Shown here: positions 56,729 to 64,000 of the stretch, piece by piece
How positions within the stretch are numbered: position 1 is the first letter of the stretch
Layout of the letters: every line of letters starts with the position of its first letter
Origin: Candidatus Hecatella orcuttiae
Lineage (GTDB): Archaea > Thermoproteota > Bathyarchaeia > Hecatellales > Hecatellaceae
Direction of reading: 5' to 3'
DNA: 64,000 nt
Assembly (NCBI GenBank): GCA_002011035.2
Contig: MTLY02000001.1
Span: forward strand, 1 to 64,000
Program-made: the position numbers and the translations under genes
The notes under the pieces: model-generated
What the model was told of the DNA's origin: nothing
Databases searched by the model: none
What the model saw: the letters and a program-made list of their open reading frames with translations, nothing else

Positions 56729-58399
56729 ATGGGCAGGCTGAGAGGACCATTTGTAAGGTTTCTGCTTTTGATGCTCATTTTTTCTACGTTAGCAAGCGCA
56801 CAGTTTACCCTTCGGACGGTTTCTTCCACCCCGCCGCACTTAGAGGTGGATAAGTCTGTAAATCCTTCAAAAATATGGATCAAAAGTCTAGGCTTCACCC
56901 CAGAAAAGGCTAGAATAACCCTAACCCTCAGAGGGGTCGGTGACCCTGCGGTTCAAAGTTTCCCCATCGACGTGGTGCTGATCGTGGACAGGTCTGCGAG
57001 TATGGCTGAAGGAGAAAAGTTGGAAGGCGCTAGGTACGCTGTGAGTAGTTTTCTGAAGCTTCTAAACCCGGAGATAGACCGTTCAAGTCTAGTGTCTTTT
57101 TCTTCTTCAGCAAGAATAGATAGAAAGTTGACATTTAACCACATGCAAGTTCAGGAAGCCATCATGGGCCTGAGTCCAGAAGGCGCAACTGCCCTAGGCG
57201 ACGCTATTCACCTAGCCAACTTGGAACTGTCTTCCCATGGAAGACCGCAAGCCGTTTTGGTGGAGATCCTACTGTCAGATGGGGCTGCAAACATAGGCTC
57301 GGACCCTGTGAGGCGGGCTGAGGAGGCGGCGGATATGGGCATCGTCATCTACAGCATAGGATTAGGAGTGCCCACGGAAGAAAGTCTATCCTTGCTGGAA
57401 CATGTGGCTAAGTTGACTGGTGGTAAATATTATTCTGCACCGGATCCCGCCAACCTTGAAGGCATCTACCGCGAGGTGGCGCAGCAATTAAGCAGCTTGG
57501 CTGGGAAGAACATAGTTGTAAAAGAGGTTCTGCCAGATTACCTCAACCTAGAAGGCGATTACACCCTAGAGCCTGTCGAGGTTATCCTTAACCCCGATGG
57601 GACTACAACCATCTTCTGGGATGCAGGTTTCCTTCCCATAGGTGATACGTGGACTGTGTCTTTCAACGTAAGCTCATCCCAAGGCGGCTTTCTCCCCGCG
57701 GATGTTTATGGAGAAACAAAGGTTGCCTATACAGATTATAAGGGAGAGTTCGCGAGCGTCATCTTCCCGGAAGTAAAGATATTGGTGAGAACAGTCAATC
57801 ATCCACCAGTGGCAGATGCTGGAGCCGACATGTTTGTTGAACAAACCACGTATCAGGGTGCGATGGTGACCCTCAACGGGTCCAGTTCCTTCGACCCAGA
57901 CGGGGACTCGCTAACCTACATTTGGACATGGGACGGTAACATTGTTTCAGGTGAAAGCCCAACTGTGCTGTTACCGTTAGGGGAGACGGTGGTGATGCTA
58001 ACCGTAGATGATGGAGTTTTTTCGGATACCGATACGGTGAAGGTCACTGTCCACGAAACCACACAGTTCACTGCCCCCTTAGTTTACGAACAACCTTCAA
58101 CCTCTATTAGGGAGGAGGTGAGAGGGATTGACGTAGAAAGCCTGTTTAGAGTAACGTTCGTACCTTTTTACGCTCTCTTTTTCAGGGAGATTATCCTCCT
58201 ATCCGTGTTGTTGCTTCTGGTGGTCTTGCTGGTTATGATGACAAGAAGTCAGAGAATCTACGACCGATATGGTGAGGAGTATATGAAGCTTCTTAAGCAG
58301 TTCATGGTGCATAGGATTCTGGTAAAAATTCTGTACTTGTTGTTGGTCATCCTTGCCATAACCCTGTTTATACTCCCCATTCTCTTGGCTATCTTCTGA
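56729..58399 (+). CDS. Membrane-anchored surface protein with VWA and PKD/Ig-like domains
   Basis: Signal peptide; MIDAS DRSAS, GAT, LLSDG; NHPPVADAG...LNGSSSFDPDGD.LTY.W; C-terminal TM helices. Confidence 0.88.
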   Translation: MGRLRGPFVRFLLLMLIFSTLASAQFTLRTVSSTPPHLEVDKSVNPSKIWIKSLGFTPEKARITLTLRGVGDPAVQSFPIDVVLIVDRSASMAEGEKLEGARYAVSSFLKLLNPEIDRSSLVSFSSSARIDRKLTFNHMQVQEAIMGLSPEGATALGDAIHLANLELSSHGRPQAVLVEILLSDGAANIGSDPVRRAEEAADMGIVIYSIGLGVPTEESLSLLEHVAKLTGGKYYSAPDPANLEGIYREVAQQLSSLAGKNIVVKEVLPDYLNLEGDYTLEPVEVILNPDGTTTIFWDAGFLPIGDTWTVSFNVSSSQGGFLPADVYGETKVAYTDYKGEFASVIFPEVKILVRTVNHPPVADAGADMFVEQTTYQGAMVTLNGSSSFDPDGDSLTYIWTWDGNIVSGESPTVLLPLGETVVMLTVDDGVFSDTDTVKVTVHETTQFTAPLVYEQPSTSIREEVRGIDVESLFRVTFVPFYALFFREIILLSVLLLLVVLLVMMTRSQRIYDRYGEEYMKLLKQFMVHRILVKILYLLLVILAITLFILPILLAIF

Positions 58400-58588
58400 T
58401 TCTGAAGAGAAAAATAACTTAAAAGAGACAACCTGTTTTCGAAATAGAAGTGGAGGCTCTTAACATAGAAAGCTGAGCGAAAGACCGTATAAATAAAATA
58501 TATATCGGAAGCTTTTCATGAAAAGCTGATTTGTTGAGGATACTCTCATAGGCGGCGGAGGTTCAGACCGTCCAGAGGAGAGAAGGCG

Positions 58589-58726
58589 TTACCATTCTTC
58601 TTCCTCAGCCCACTCTTCCTCTTCGCCCCATTCCTCCTCTTCCCCGGCCAGCTCTTCTTCTTCTCCAGGGTCTATTTCTCCACCGTTCCAATTTTCATCT
58701 TCCACGTTTAAGGCGGCAGGCATCAT
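58589..58726 (-). CDS. 45-aa highly acidic microprotein with (G/A)EEEEW repeats
   Basis: MMPAALNVEDENWNGGEIDPGEEEELAGEEEEWGEEEEWAEEEEW; GAGGT SD upstream and an AATAAAATTTAAGTA BRE/TATA-like motif about 50 nt upstream. Confidence 0.65.
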   Translation of the reverse strand: MMPAALNVEDENWNGGEIDPGEEEELAGEEEEWGEEEEWAEEEEW

Positions 58727-58968
58727 TCTTCTACCTCAGCGCATCCTTGGTTTTCTTGAACAGGGTAGTTATACTTAAATTTTATTCCCCTTCTCCGGGA
58801 ACAGCTTCCGGAGGTTCTTATTTTTCCATTCAAGTTTAAATACCACTCCCTAAATTTAGCGGATTTTAAACCTTAGAAACGAAGTTTTTATTAGCAAAGT
58901 AAAATAATGAAAATAAAAAATAAAAGCCGCTTCTAAGGCGCTGACATTCAGCAGGATGTGGAAATCAA

Positions 58969-59799
58969 TTGAATGATATAGTTTCAGCAAAAGAGTTGGC
59001 TCCCAATATCAAGCAGTTTGAAATCTTGGCCCCTCCCGTGGCTACTAAGGTTAGGCCGGGCCATTTCGTGGTTTTGCAGACGGAGGAGGAAGGAGAGCGG
59101 ATACCTTTAACCGTTGTTGACTCCAACCCTGAGAAAGGCACTGTTACCCTCGTGTTTTTGGAAATCGGAGCCTCCACCAAGAAGTTGGGAAAACTGAAGC
59201 AGGGGAACCGCATCCTCCACTTCGTCGGACCCTTGGGGAACCCCTCTGAAATAGAGAAATTCGGGCAAGTTGTCTGCGTAGGGGGAGGAATAGGCGCAGC
59301 GGCCATCTACCCCATCGTCAAGGCTTTAAAGGCTGCGGGCAATCGAGTGATATCCATCATCGGGGCGAGAAACAAGGACCTATTAATATATGAAGAAGAG
59401 CTGCGAAAGGTAAGCGACGAGCTTTATGTAACCACAGACGACGGCTCGAAAGGCCGCCACGGTTTCGTCAGCGACGTTCTGAAGGAGCTACTGGAAAAGG
59501 GCATTCCCATCGACAGGGTCATAGCCGTGGGTCCAGCTGTTATGATGAAGGTGATAAGCAACCTAACCAAGCCCTTCAGAGTTAAAACCATCGTAAGCTT
59601 AAACCCCATCATGGTGGACGCCACGGGCATGTGCGGCTGCTGCAGGGTTTACGTGAGCGGTGAAACCAAATTCGCCTGCGTCGACGGACCTGAATTTGAT
59701 GGGCATCAAGTTGACTTTGACAATCTCCTAGCCCGGCTTCGAACCTACGTGGAGGAGGAAAAGCTTTCTCACCAGATGTTGGAAAAGGGAGAGGGGTGA
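58969..59799 (+). CDS. nfnA: NfnA/SudB small subunit (FAD/NAD, [2Fe-2S]) of the bifurcating transhydrogenase
   Basis: GERIPLT, GPLG, GGGIG, TDDGS.G, MVDATGMCGCCRV...ACVDGPEF. Confidence 0.92.
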   Translation: MNDIVSAKELAPNIKQFEILAPPVATKVRPGHFVVLQTEEEGERIPLTVVDSNPEKGTVTLVFLEIGASTKKLGKLKQGNRILHFVGPLGNPSEIEKFGQVVCVGGGIGAAAIYPIVKALKAAGNRVISIIGARNKDLLIYEEELRKVSDELYVTTDDGSKGRHGFVSDVLKELLEKGIPIDRVIAVGPAVMMKVISNLTKPFRVKTIVSLNPIMVDATGMCGCCRVYVSGETKFACVDGPEFDGHQVDFDNLLARLRTYVEEEKLSHQMLEKGEG

Positions 59800-61208
59800 A
59801 GAAAGTGGCGAAGCCAGATAAGCTCATTCCCAAACAAGCCATGCCCAAGTTGTCCATGGAGGAGCGGAGGAAAACACTCAAAGAAGTGGCTCTAGGCTTT
59901 TCCGAAGACCTAGCCTTGGTTGAGGCCTCTCGATGCCTTCAATGCGCCAAACCTAAATGTGTTGAGGGTTGCCCTGTGAACATCGACATCCCCGCCTTCA
60001 TCAAACTCATTCAAGAGCGAAAGTTTGAGGAAGCCATCGAAAAAATAAAGGAACGAAACGCCCTCCCCGCCATGTGCGGCAGGGTTTGCCCTCAGGAAAA
60101 CCTATGCCAAAAAAGCTGTGTGCTGGGGATAAAAGGTGAACCTGTAGCCATAGGCGCCTTGGAGAGGTTTGCAGCTGACTACGAGTTGAAAAAGGAACCC
60201 ATAACCCCCACCGGAAGCAAATGCAACCCTACAGGCGTAAAGGTGGCTGTGGTGGGCTCCGGGCCTTTCGGATTGACAGCGGCCGCCGACTTGGCTAAGC
60301 AAGGCTTCGATGTTACCATCTTCGAAGCTTTACATGAGCCGGGCGGTGTTCTCATCTACGGGATCCCGGAGTTTCGGCTTCCTAAGCGTGTGGTGAAGGC
60401 GGAGGTGGAGTATGTTAAATCGCTGGGAGTTAAAATTCAAACCGACGTCATCATCGGTAAGACCTATACCTTAGACGAACTTTTCCAGATGGGCTACAAG
60501 GCGGTGTTCATCGGAACCGGAGCTGGGGCTCCGATTTTCTTAGGCATACCTGGAGAAAATCTCAGCGGCATATACTCAGCCAACGAGTTTCTGACAAGGG
60601 TTAACCTCATGAAAGCCTACCTCTTCCCCAAGTACGCTACCCCGGTGAAAGTCGGGAGAAAAGTGGCGGTCATAGGCGGTGGAAACGTAGCCTTCGACTC
60701 CGCTAGGACAGCGTTGAGGCTGGGAGCTGAGAAGGTTGCTCTTGTCTACAGGCGGACGGAAGCGGAAATGCCCGCTAGGAGAGAGGAAGTTGAAAACGCT
60801 AAGGAAGAGGGTGTCGAATTCATGTGCTTGGTGAACCCCGTCCGATTCATCGGCGACGAAGCCGGGTGGGTTAAGGAGATGGAATGCCTCAGGATGGAGC
60901 TTGGAGAACCCGACGAGTCAGGGAGAAGGCGGCCCATACCCATCAAGGGCTCCGAGTTTCGAATTCCTGTGGACACGGTGATCGTGGCCATAGGCACTAG
61001 GGTGAATCCTCTCATCCAAAAGACAGCTCCTCTTCTCAAAACAGATAAACATGGACACTTGGTCGTTGACGACTACGGTAGGACCTCCATGAAGTTCGTG
61101 TATGCTGGAGGAGACATAACCTCAGGGACAGCGACGGTCATCGAGGCCATGAAAGCCGGGAAAAGAACGGTTCAAGCCTTCTGCGAAGATCTTCAAAAAT
61201 CTGAATAA
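59796..61208 (+). CDS. nfnB: NfnB/SudA (GltD-like) large subunit
   Basis: EASRCLQC..P.C..GCP, GRVCPQE..C, GSGP.G, GGGNVA.D, YRR, GGD; overlaps nfnA. Confidence 0.92.
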   Translation: MKKVAKPDKLIPKQAMPKLSMEERRKTLKEVALGFSEDLALVEASRCLQCAKPKCVEGCPVNIDIPAFIKLIQERKFEEAIEKIKERNALPAMCGRVCPQENLCQKSCVLGIKGEPVAIGALERFAADYELKKEPITPTGSKCNPTGVKVAVVGSGPFGLTAAADLAKQGFDVTIFEALHEPGGVLIYGIPEFRLPKRVVKAEVEYVKSLGVKIQTDVIIGKTYTLDELFQMGYKAVFIGTGAGAPIFLGIPGENLSGIYSANEFLTRVNLMKAYLFPKYATPVKVGRKVAVIGGGNVAFDSARTALRLGAEKVALVYRRTEAEMPARREEVENAKEEGVEFMCLVNPVRFIGDEAGWVKEMECLRMELGEPDESGRRRPIPIKGSEFRIPVDTVIVAIGTRVNPLIQKTAPLLKTDKHGHLVVDDYGRTSMKFVYAGGDITSGTATVIEAMKAGKRTVQAFCEDLQKSE

Positions 61209-61254
61209 AAACAGCGAAACAGTCTCTTCCATCGTCTATATCCGCCGGCAACCG

Positions 61255-62289
61255 TTAGATTTCCTGTCCTAAAATCTTCGCTGCTATGGCTTCAGCCATT
61301 TCGCTGGTAGTGGCGTTGCCTCCCAGATCGTAGGTTCGCGTCTTACCCTCCGTGAGGACGGCGAGGACGGCTTTTTCCACCCTCTCAGCGGCTTCCCCCT
61401 CTCCAAGATGATCCAGCATCATTTTGGCAGCTAGGATGGTGGCAAGAGGGTTAACCTTGTTCTTTCCCGCGTATTTTGGGGCTGAGCCGTGGACAGGCTC
61501 GAACATTCCGTAGGTGTCCCCCACATTGGCTCCGGCGGCGAAGCCCAAGCCCCCTACCAGCTGAGCTGCTTCGTCGGAGAGGATGTCTCCAAACATGTTG
61601 GTAGTGACCACCACGTCGAATGTTTCCGGCCTTTTGATGAGCTGCATGGCCATGGCGTCGATACGTTGCTCCTCCACCGCTACTTCCGGATACTCCTTAG
61701 CCACGTCTAGTACAGCTTGTTTGAAAATTCCGTCGGTGAGCTTTAGGATGTTTCCTTTATGGACGTAGGTTACCAGTTTCTTTCTTTTGGAGGCTAGGTT
61801 GAAAGCGCAGCGGGCTATTCTTTCACAGGCTTTTCTTGTTATAAGCCTTAAAGCTACAGCGACTCCGGGGACTATTTCGACTTCTTTGGCGAAGTAAAAG
61901 CCTTCAGTGTTCTCCCTTAGGATGATCAAGTCGATGTCGGGTTTAAGGGCGGCCACTCCCGGCAAGGTTTTACACGGCCGAATGTTGGCGTAGAGGTCGT
62001 AAAGTTTCCTGATGGTCACGGCTACACTCACCGGGGAACCGGGTTCTTCAGGGGTGGTCATGGGGCCTTTGAGGCAGACGCTGGTTTCTTTCAACATTTC
62101 CAAAGTTTCCGCGGGGAGGTTGGTTCCGTATTTAGCGATACAATGGTATCCCGCTTCCCCGCGGAGGTATTCGAGCCTTAACCCCTTCACCGCGTCTTGC
62201 ACCGCATCCAGAACGGTGAGGGCGGCCTCTACAACTTCAGGGCCTATGCCGTCGCCGGGAAGCACCGCTATTTTATAGACATTGGTCAT
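61255..62289 (-). CDS. Isocitrate/isopropylmalate dehydrogenase family protein (LeuB/AksF-like)
   Basis: LPGDGIGPEV, RENTEG.Y, HKGN, NMFGDILSD, FEPVHGSAP. Confidence 0.93.
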   Translation of the reverse strand: MTNVYKIAVLPGDGIGPEVVEAALTVLDAVQDAVKGLRLEYLRGEAGYHCIAKYGTNLPAETLEMLKETSVCLKGPMTTPEEPGSPVSVAVTIRKLYDLYANIRPCKTLPGVAALKPDIDLIILRENTEGFYFAKEVEIVPGVAVALRLITRKACERIARCAFNLASKRKKLVTYVHKGNILKLTDGIFKQAVLDVAKEYPEVAVEEQRIDAMAMQLIKRPETFDVVVTTNMFGDILSDEAAQLVGGLGFAAGANVGDTYGMFEPVHGSAPKYAGKNKVNPLATILAAKMMLDHLGEGEAAERVEKAVLAVLTEGKTRTYDLGGNATTSEMAEAIAAKILGQEI

Positions 62290-62405
62290 GGTGGATCCCC
62301 AAGTCGGAAAGACCGTTCAAAGCCTGTTCTATGATGGGTGGTGTTCCTTAAAAAGTTGGCTTACCAAGAAGCTAAACTTTAAGGCATGGGCTGCCAAAGT
62401 AGAAG

Positions 62406-62924
62406 ATGAACTCAATGTCTTTAAAAATACGCTTCCTCGCCGACGGAATGCTGGGAAAGCTAACCCGATGGCTGAGGATGCTGGGCTACGACGTAGAATA
62501 CATCCGAGACTCCCCAGACGAGAAACTAGTGGAGAGGGCTGAGAAAGAGAGAAGAGTTCTGCTGACCAGCGACCTCCACCTTTACAGGAGAGCCCTAAGA
62601 CGAGGTATCCGAGCTCATCTAGTGGAGGGAAGAAAAGAGGCTGAAAAAATAGCCGGAATGGCTGGAAGGTTCAAACTGAAGTTGAAAATCAACCCCGAGA
62701 GCTCCCTGTGTCCCCGCTGCAATTCACCTCTTAGAGAGGCGGAAGCCTCCGTCTTGAGAAGCCTAATACCTGCCTCCGTCTTGAGGAAGCACCAGAAGTT
62801 CTGGGTCTGCACCAACTCTGAATGTGGGAAGGTTTACTGGAAAGGAAGCCACTGGAATGAAATAGATAAAATACTGGAAGAAGCTAGATCGTATCTGAGG
62901 AAGAATCTGAGGGTTAAACCTTGA
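62406..62924 (+). CDS. Mut7-C (PIN-like RNase + Zn ribbon) domain protein
   Basis: FLADGMLGKL.RWLRMLGYD, LLTSD, CPRCN, C...CGKVYW.GSHW. Confidence 0.9.
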   Translation: MNSMSLKIRFLADGMLGKLTRWLRMLGYDVEYIRDSPDEKLVERAEKERRVLLTSDLHLYRRALRRGIRAHLVEGRKEAEKIAGMAGRFKLKLKINPESSLCPRCNSPLREAEASVLRSLIPASVLRKHQKFWVCTNSECGKVYWKGSHWNEIDKILEEARSYLRKNLRVKP

Positions 62925-63550
62925 CCTTCCAGCTTACAGACGAAGAAGGAAGCTTCCTAGTTCACCTTGCAAGGGAAGCCATAATCCTCCATCTCCGCTC
63001 AGGAGAAAAGATGAAGCCTCCCCTAGGCACACCGCCAGCCCTGAAAACCAGATGCGGCGTGTTTGTAACTCTCAACAAAGTTAAAGGCGGGGAAAAAGAG
63101 TTGAGAGGTTGCATAGGCTACCCTGAACCCACAGCACCCTTGGTAGAGGCAACCATCGACTCAGCCCTCAACGCAGCGTTTTCAGACCCCCGATTCCCAC
63201 CTCTCAGAGAAAAAGAGCTGGCGGAAGTCGTGGTGGAGGTAAGCGTCCTAACGCCTCTCCAGCCCGTTCGAGTAAAAGACCCACGCGAACACCTAAACCA
63301 CATTAAGGTGGGCGTAGACGGATTGGTGGTGGAGAGAGGTTGGAACAGAGGCTTGCTTCTCCCTCAGGTTCCCGTGGAGTGGGGCTGGGATGTGGAAGAG
63401 TTCCTGGCCCACGGCTGCCTAAAGGCTGGGCTTCCCCCGGATGCGTGGCTTCTATCCGGAACGAAAATCTACAAGTTTCAAGCCATCATCTTTGAAGAGG
63501 AGGAGCCGGGGGGAAAGGTTAGAAGGCGAACTCAGCCTAGCGATGGGTGA
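62921..63550 (+). CDS. AMMECR1-family protein (AmmeMemoRadiSam protein A)
   Basis: GVFVTL, LRGCIG, DPRFPP, EVSVLT, GLLLPQV.VE..W, KAG. Confidence 0.94.
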   Translation: MTFQLTDEEGSFLVHLAREAIILHLRSGEKMKPPLGTPPALKTRCGVFVTLNKVKGGEKELRGCIGYPEPTAPLVEATIDSALNAAFSDPRFPPLREKELAEVVVEVSVLTPLQPVRVKDPREHLNHIKVGVDGLVVERGWNRGLLLPQVPVEWGWDVEEFLAHGCLKAGLPPDAWLLSGTKIYKFQAIIFEEEEPGGKVRRRTQPSDG

Positions 63551-63567
63551 AGGAAGTTCTCCGGAGA

Positions 63568-64000
63568 CTATCTGCGGGCGGCTTCGATGAGCCTGACGGC
63601 TTCCCTGACACCGTTGAACTTGCTTGCGTATTTTCTCAGCTTCATGATGTTCTTTTTATAGTAACTGTAATTGTTCACTATTTTTTCCACAGCAGCCTTC
63701 AATTTAGTTGAGGTAACTTTCCCCTTGATGCGGATGGAGCAGCCCATCTCCTGCATTTTCTTCGCATTCGCATCCTGCTCTACCTGGGTAGGTATGCATA
63801 TGCTGGGTTTTCCGTACTTTATCACCTCAAAACATGTGTCATGGCCTCCGCTGAACAAGACCAGAAGCGCCCTCTCCATCCACTTCCCTCTTTCTTCCAC
63901 CCAGCCTTTCACCAAGCAGTTTCCGACTTTCCTTTCAAAACTGCTTCCCGGCTCCCCTAGGCTTACCCTACTTTCGCAACTCATTCCGGAGAGAATGGGT
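63568..64000 (-). CDS. GT-B glycosyltransferase, MurG/GT28-like C-terminal part (5' truncated by window edge)
   Basis: SGGHDT.FE....KP.I.IP...EQ..NA nucleotide-sugar binding motif. Confidence 0.8.
   Translation of the reverse strand, partial: PILSGMSCESRVSLGEPGSSFERKVGNCLVKGWVEERGKWMERALLVLFSGGHDTCFEVIKYGKPSICIPTQVEQDANAKKMQEMGCSIRIKGKVTSTKLKAAVEKIVNNYSYYKKNIMKLRKYASKFNGVREAVRLIEAARR

Noticed and set aside
55201-58400. tRNA-targeted island with duplicated tRNA 3' end
   Set aside because: No second copy of either tRNA 3' end was seen. The only integrase is 18 kb away with its own flanking sites.
62745-62785. 14-bp direct repeat GCCTCCGTCTTGAG in the Mut7-C gene
   Set aside because: Two in-frame copies (ASVLR twice); most simply a small local duplication with no mobile-element context.
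644-63303. Numerous 60-160 aa ORFs nested in or antisense to confident genes
   Set aside because: Shadow ORFs with no family motifs, fully overlapping well-supported CDSs.
1-64000. CRISPR array or cas genes
   Set aside because: No regularly spaced 25-40 bp repeats with unique spacers were seen. The only tandem repeats are coding (PT linker, EEEEW).

Overview
Archaeal DNA, shown by CDP-archaeol synthase, ATP-dependent ligase, BHB tRNA introns and TATA/BRE promoters. Gene content suggests Bathyarchaeia/TACK, which is an inference. Five regions: (1) 1-26.6 kb is an anaerobic nucleoside/nucleobase uptake and catabolism cluster: XDH-family Mo enzyme, two BMP-type ABC transporters, three amidohydrolases, DHOD/PreA-like Fe-S flavoprotein, hydantoinase, divergent ureohydrolase, W-AOR, Cys-less thiolase/DUF35, and a pyrrolysine-free MtmB/MtmC pair. 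(2) 26.8-36.3 kb is housekeeping. (3) 36.3-38.5 kb is a candidate 2.2-kb minimal tyrosine-recombinase element bounded by two related 11-6-11 sites, one overlapping the ligase stop codon. (4) 38.6-55.1 kb holds hdrCBA-mvhDGA (HdrA with a GltD-like insert), the hyp genes and an acetylene-hydratase-like Mo/W enzyme. (5) 55.2-64 kb holds tRNA-Arg, a two-intron tRNA-Leu, a C39 peptidase, a VWA surface protein, two micro-ORFs, nfnAB and housekeeping genes. No CRISPR array was seen. All calls are from motif reading by eye, with no database searches.
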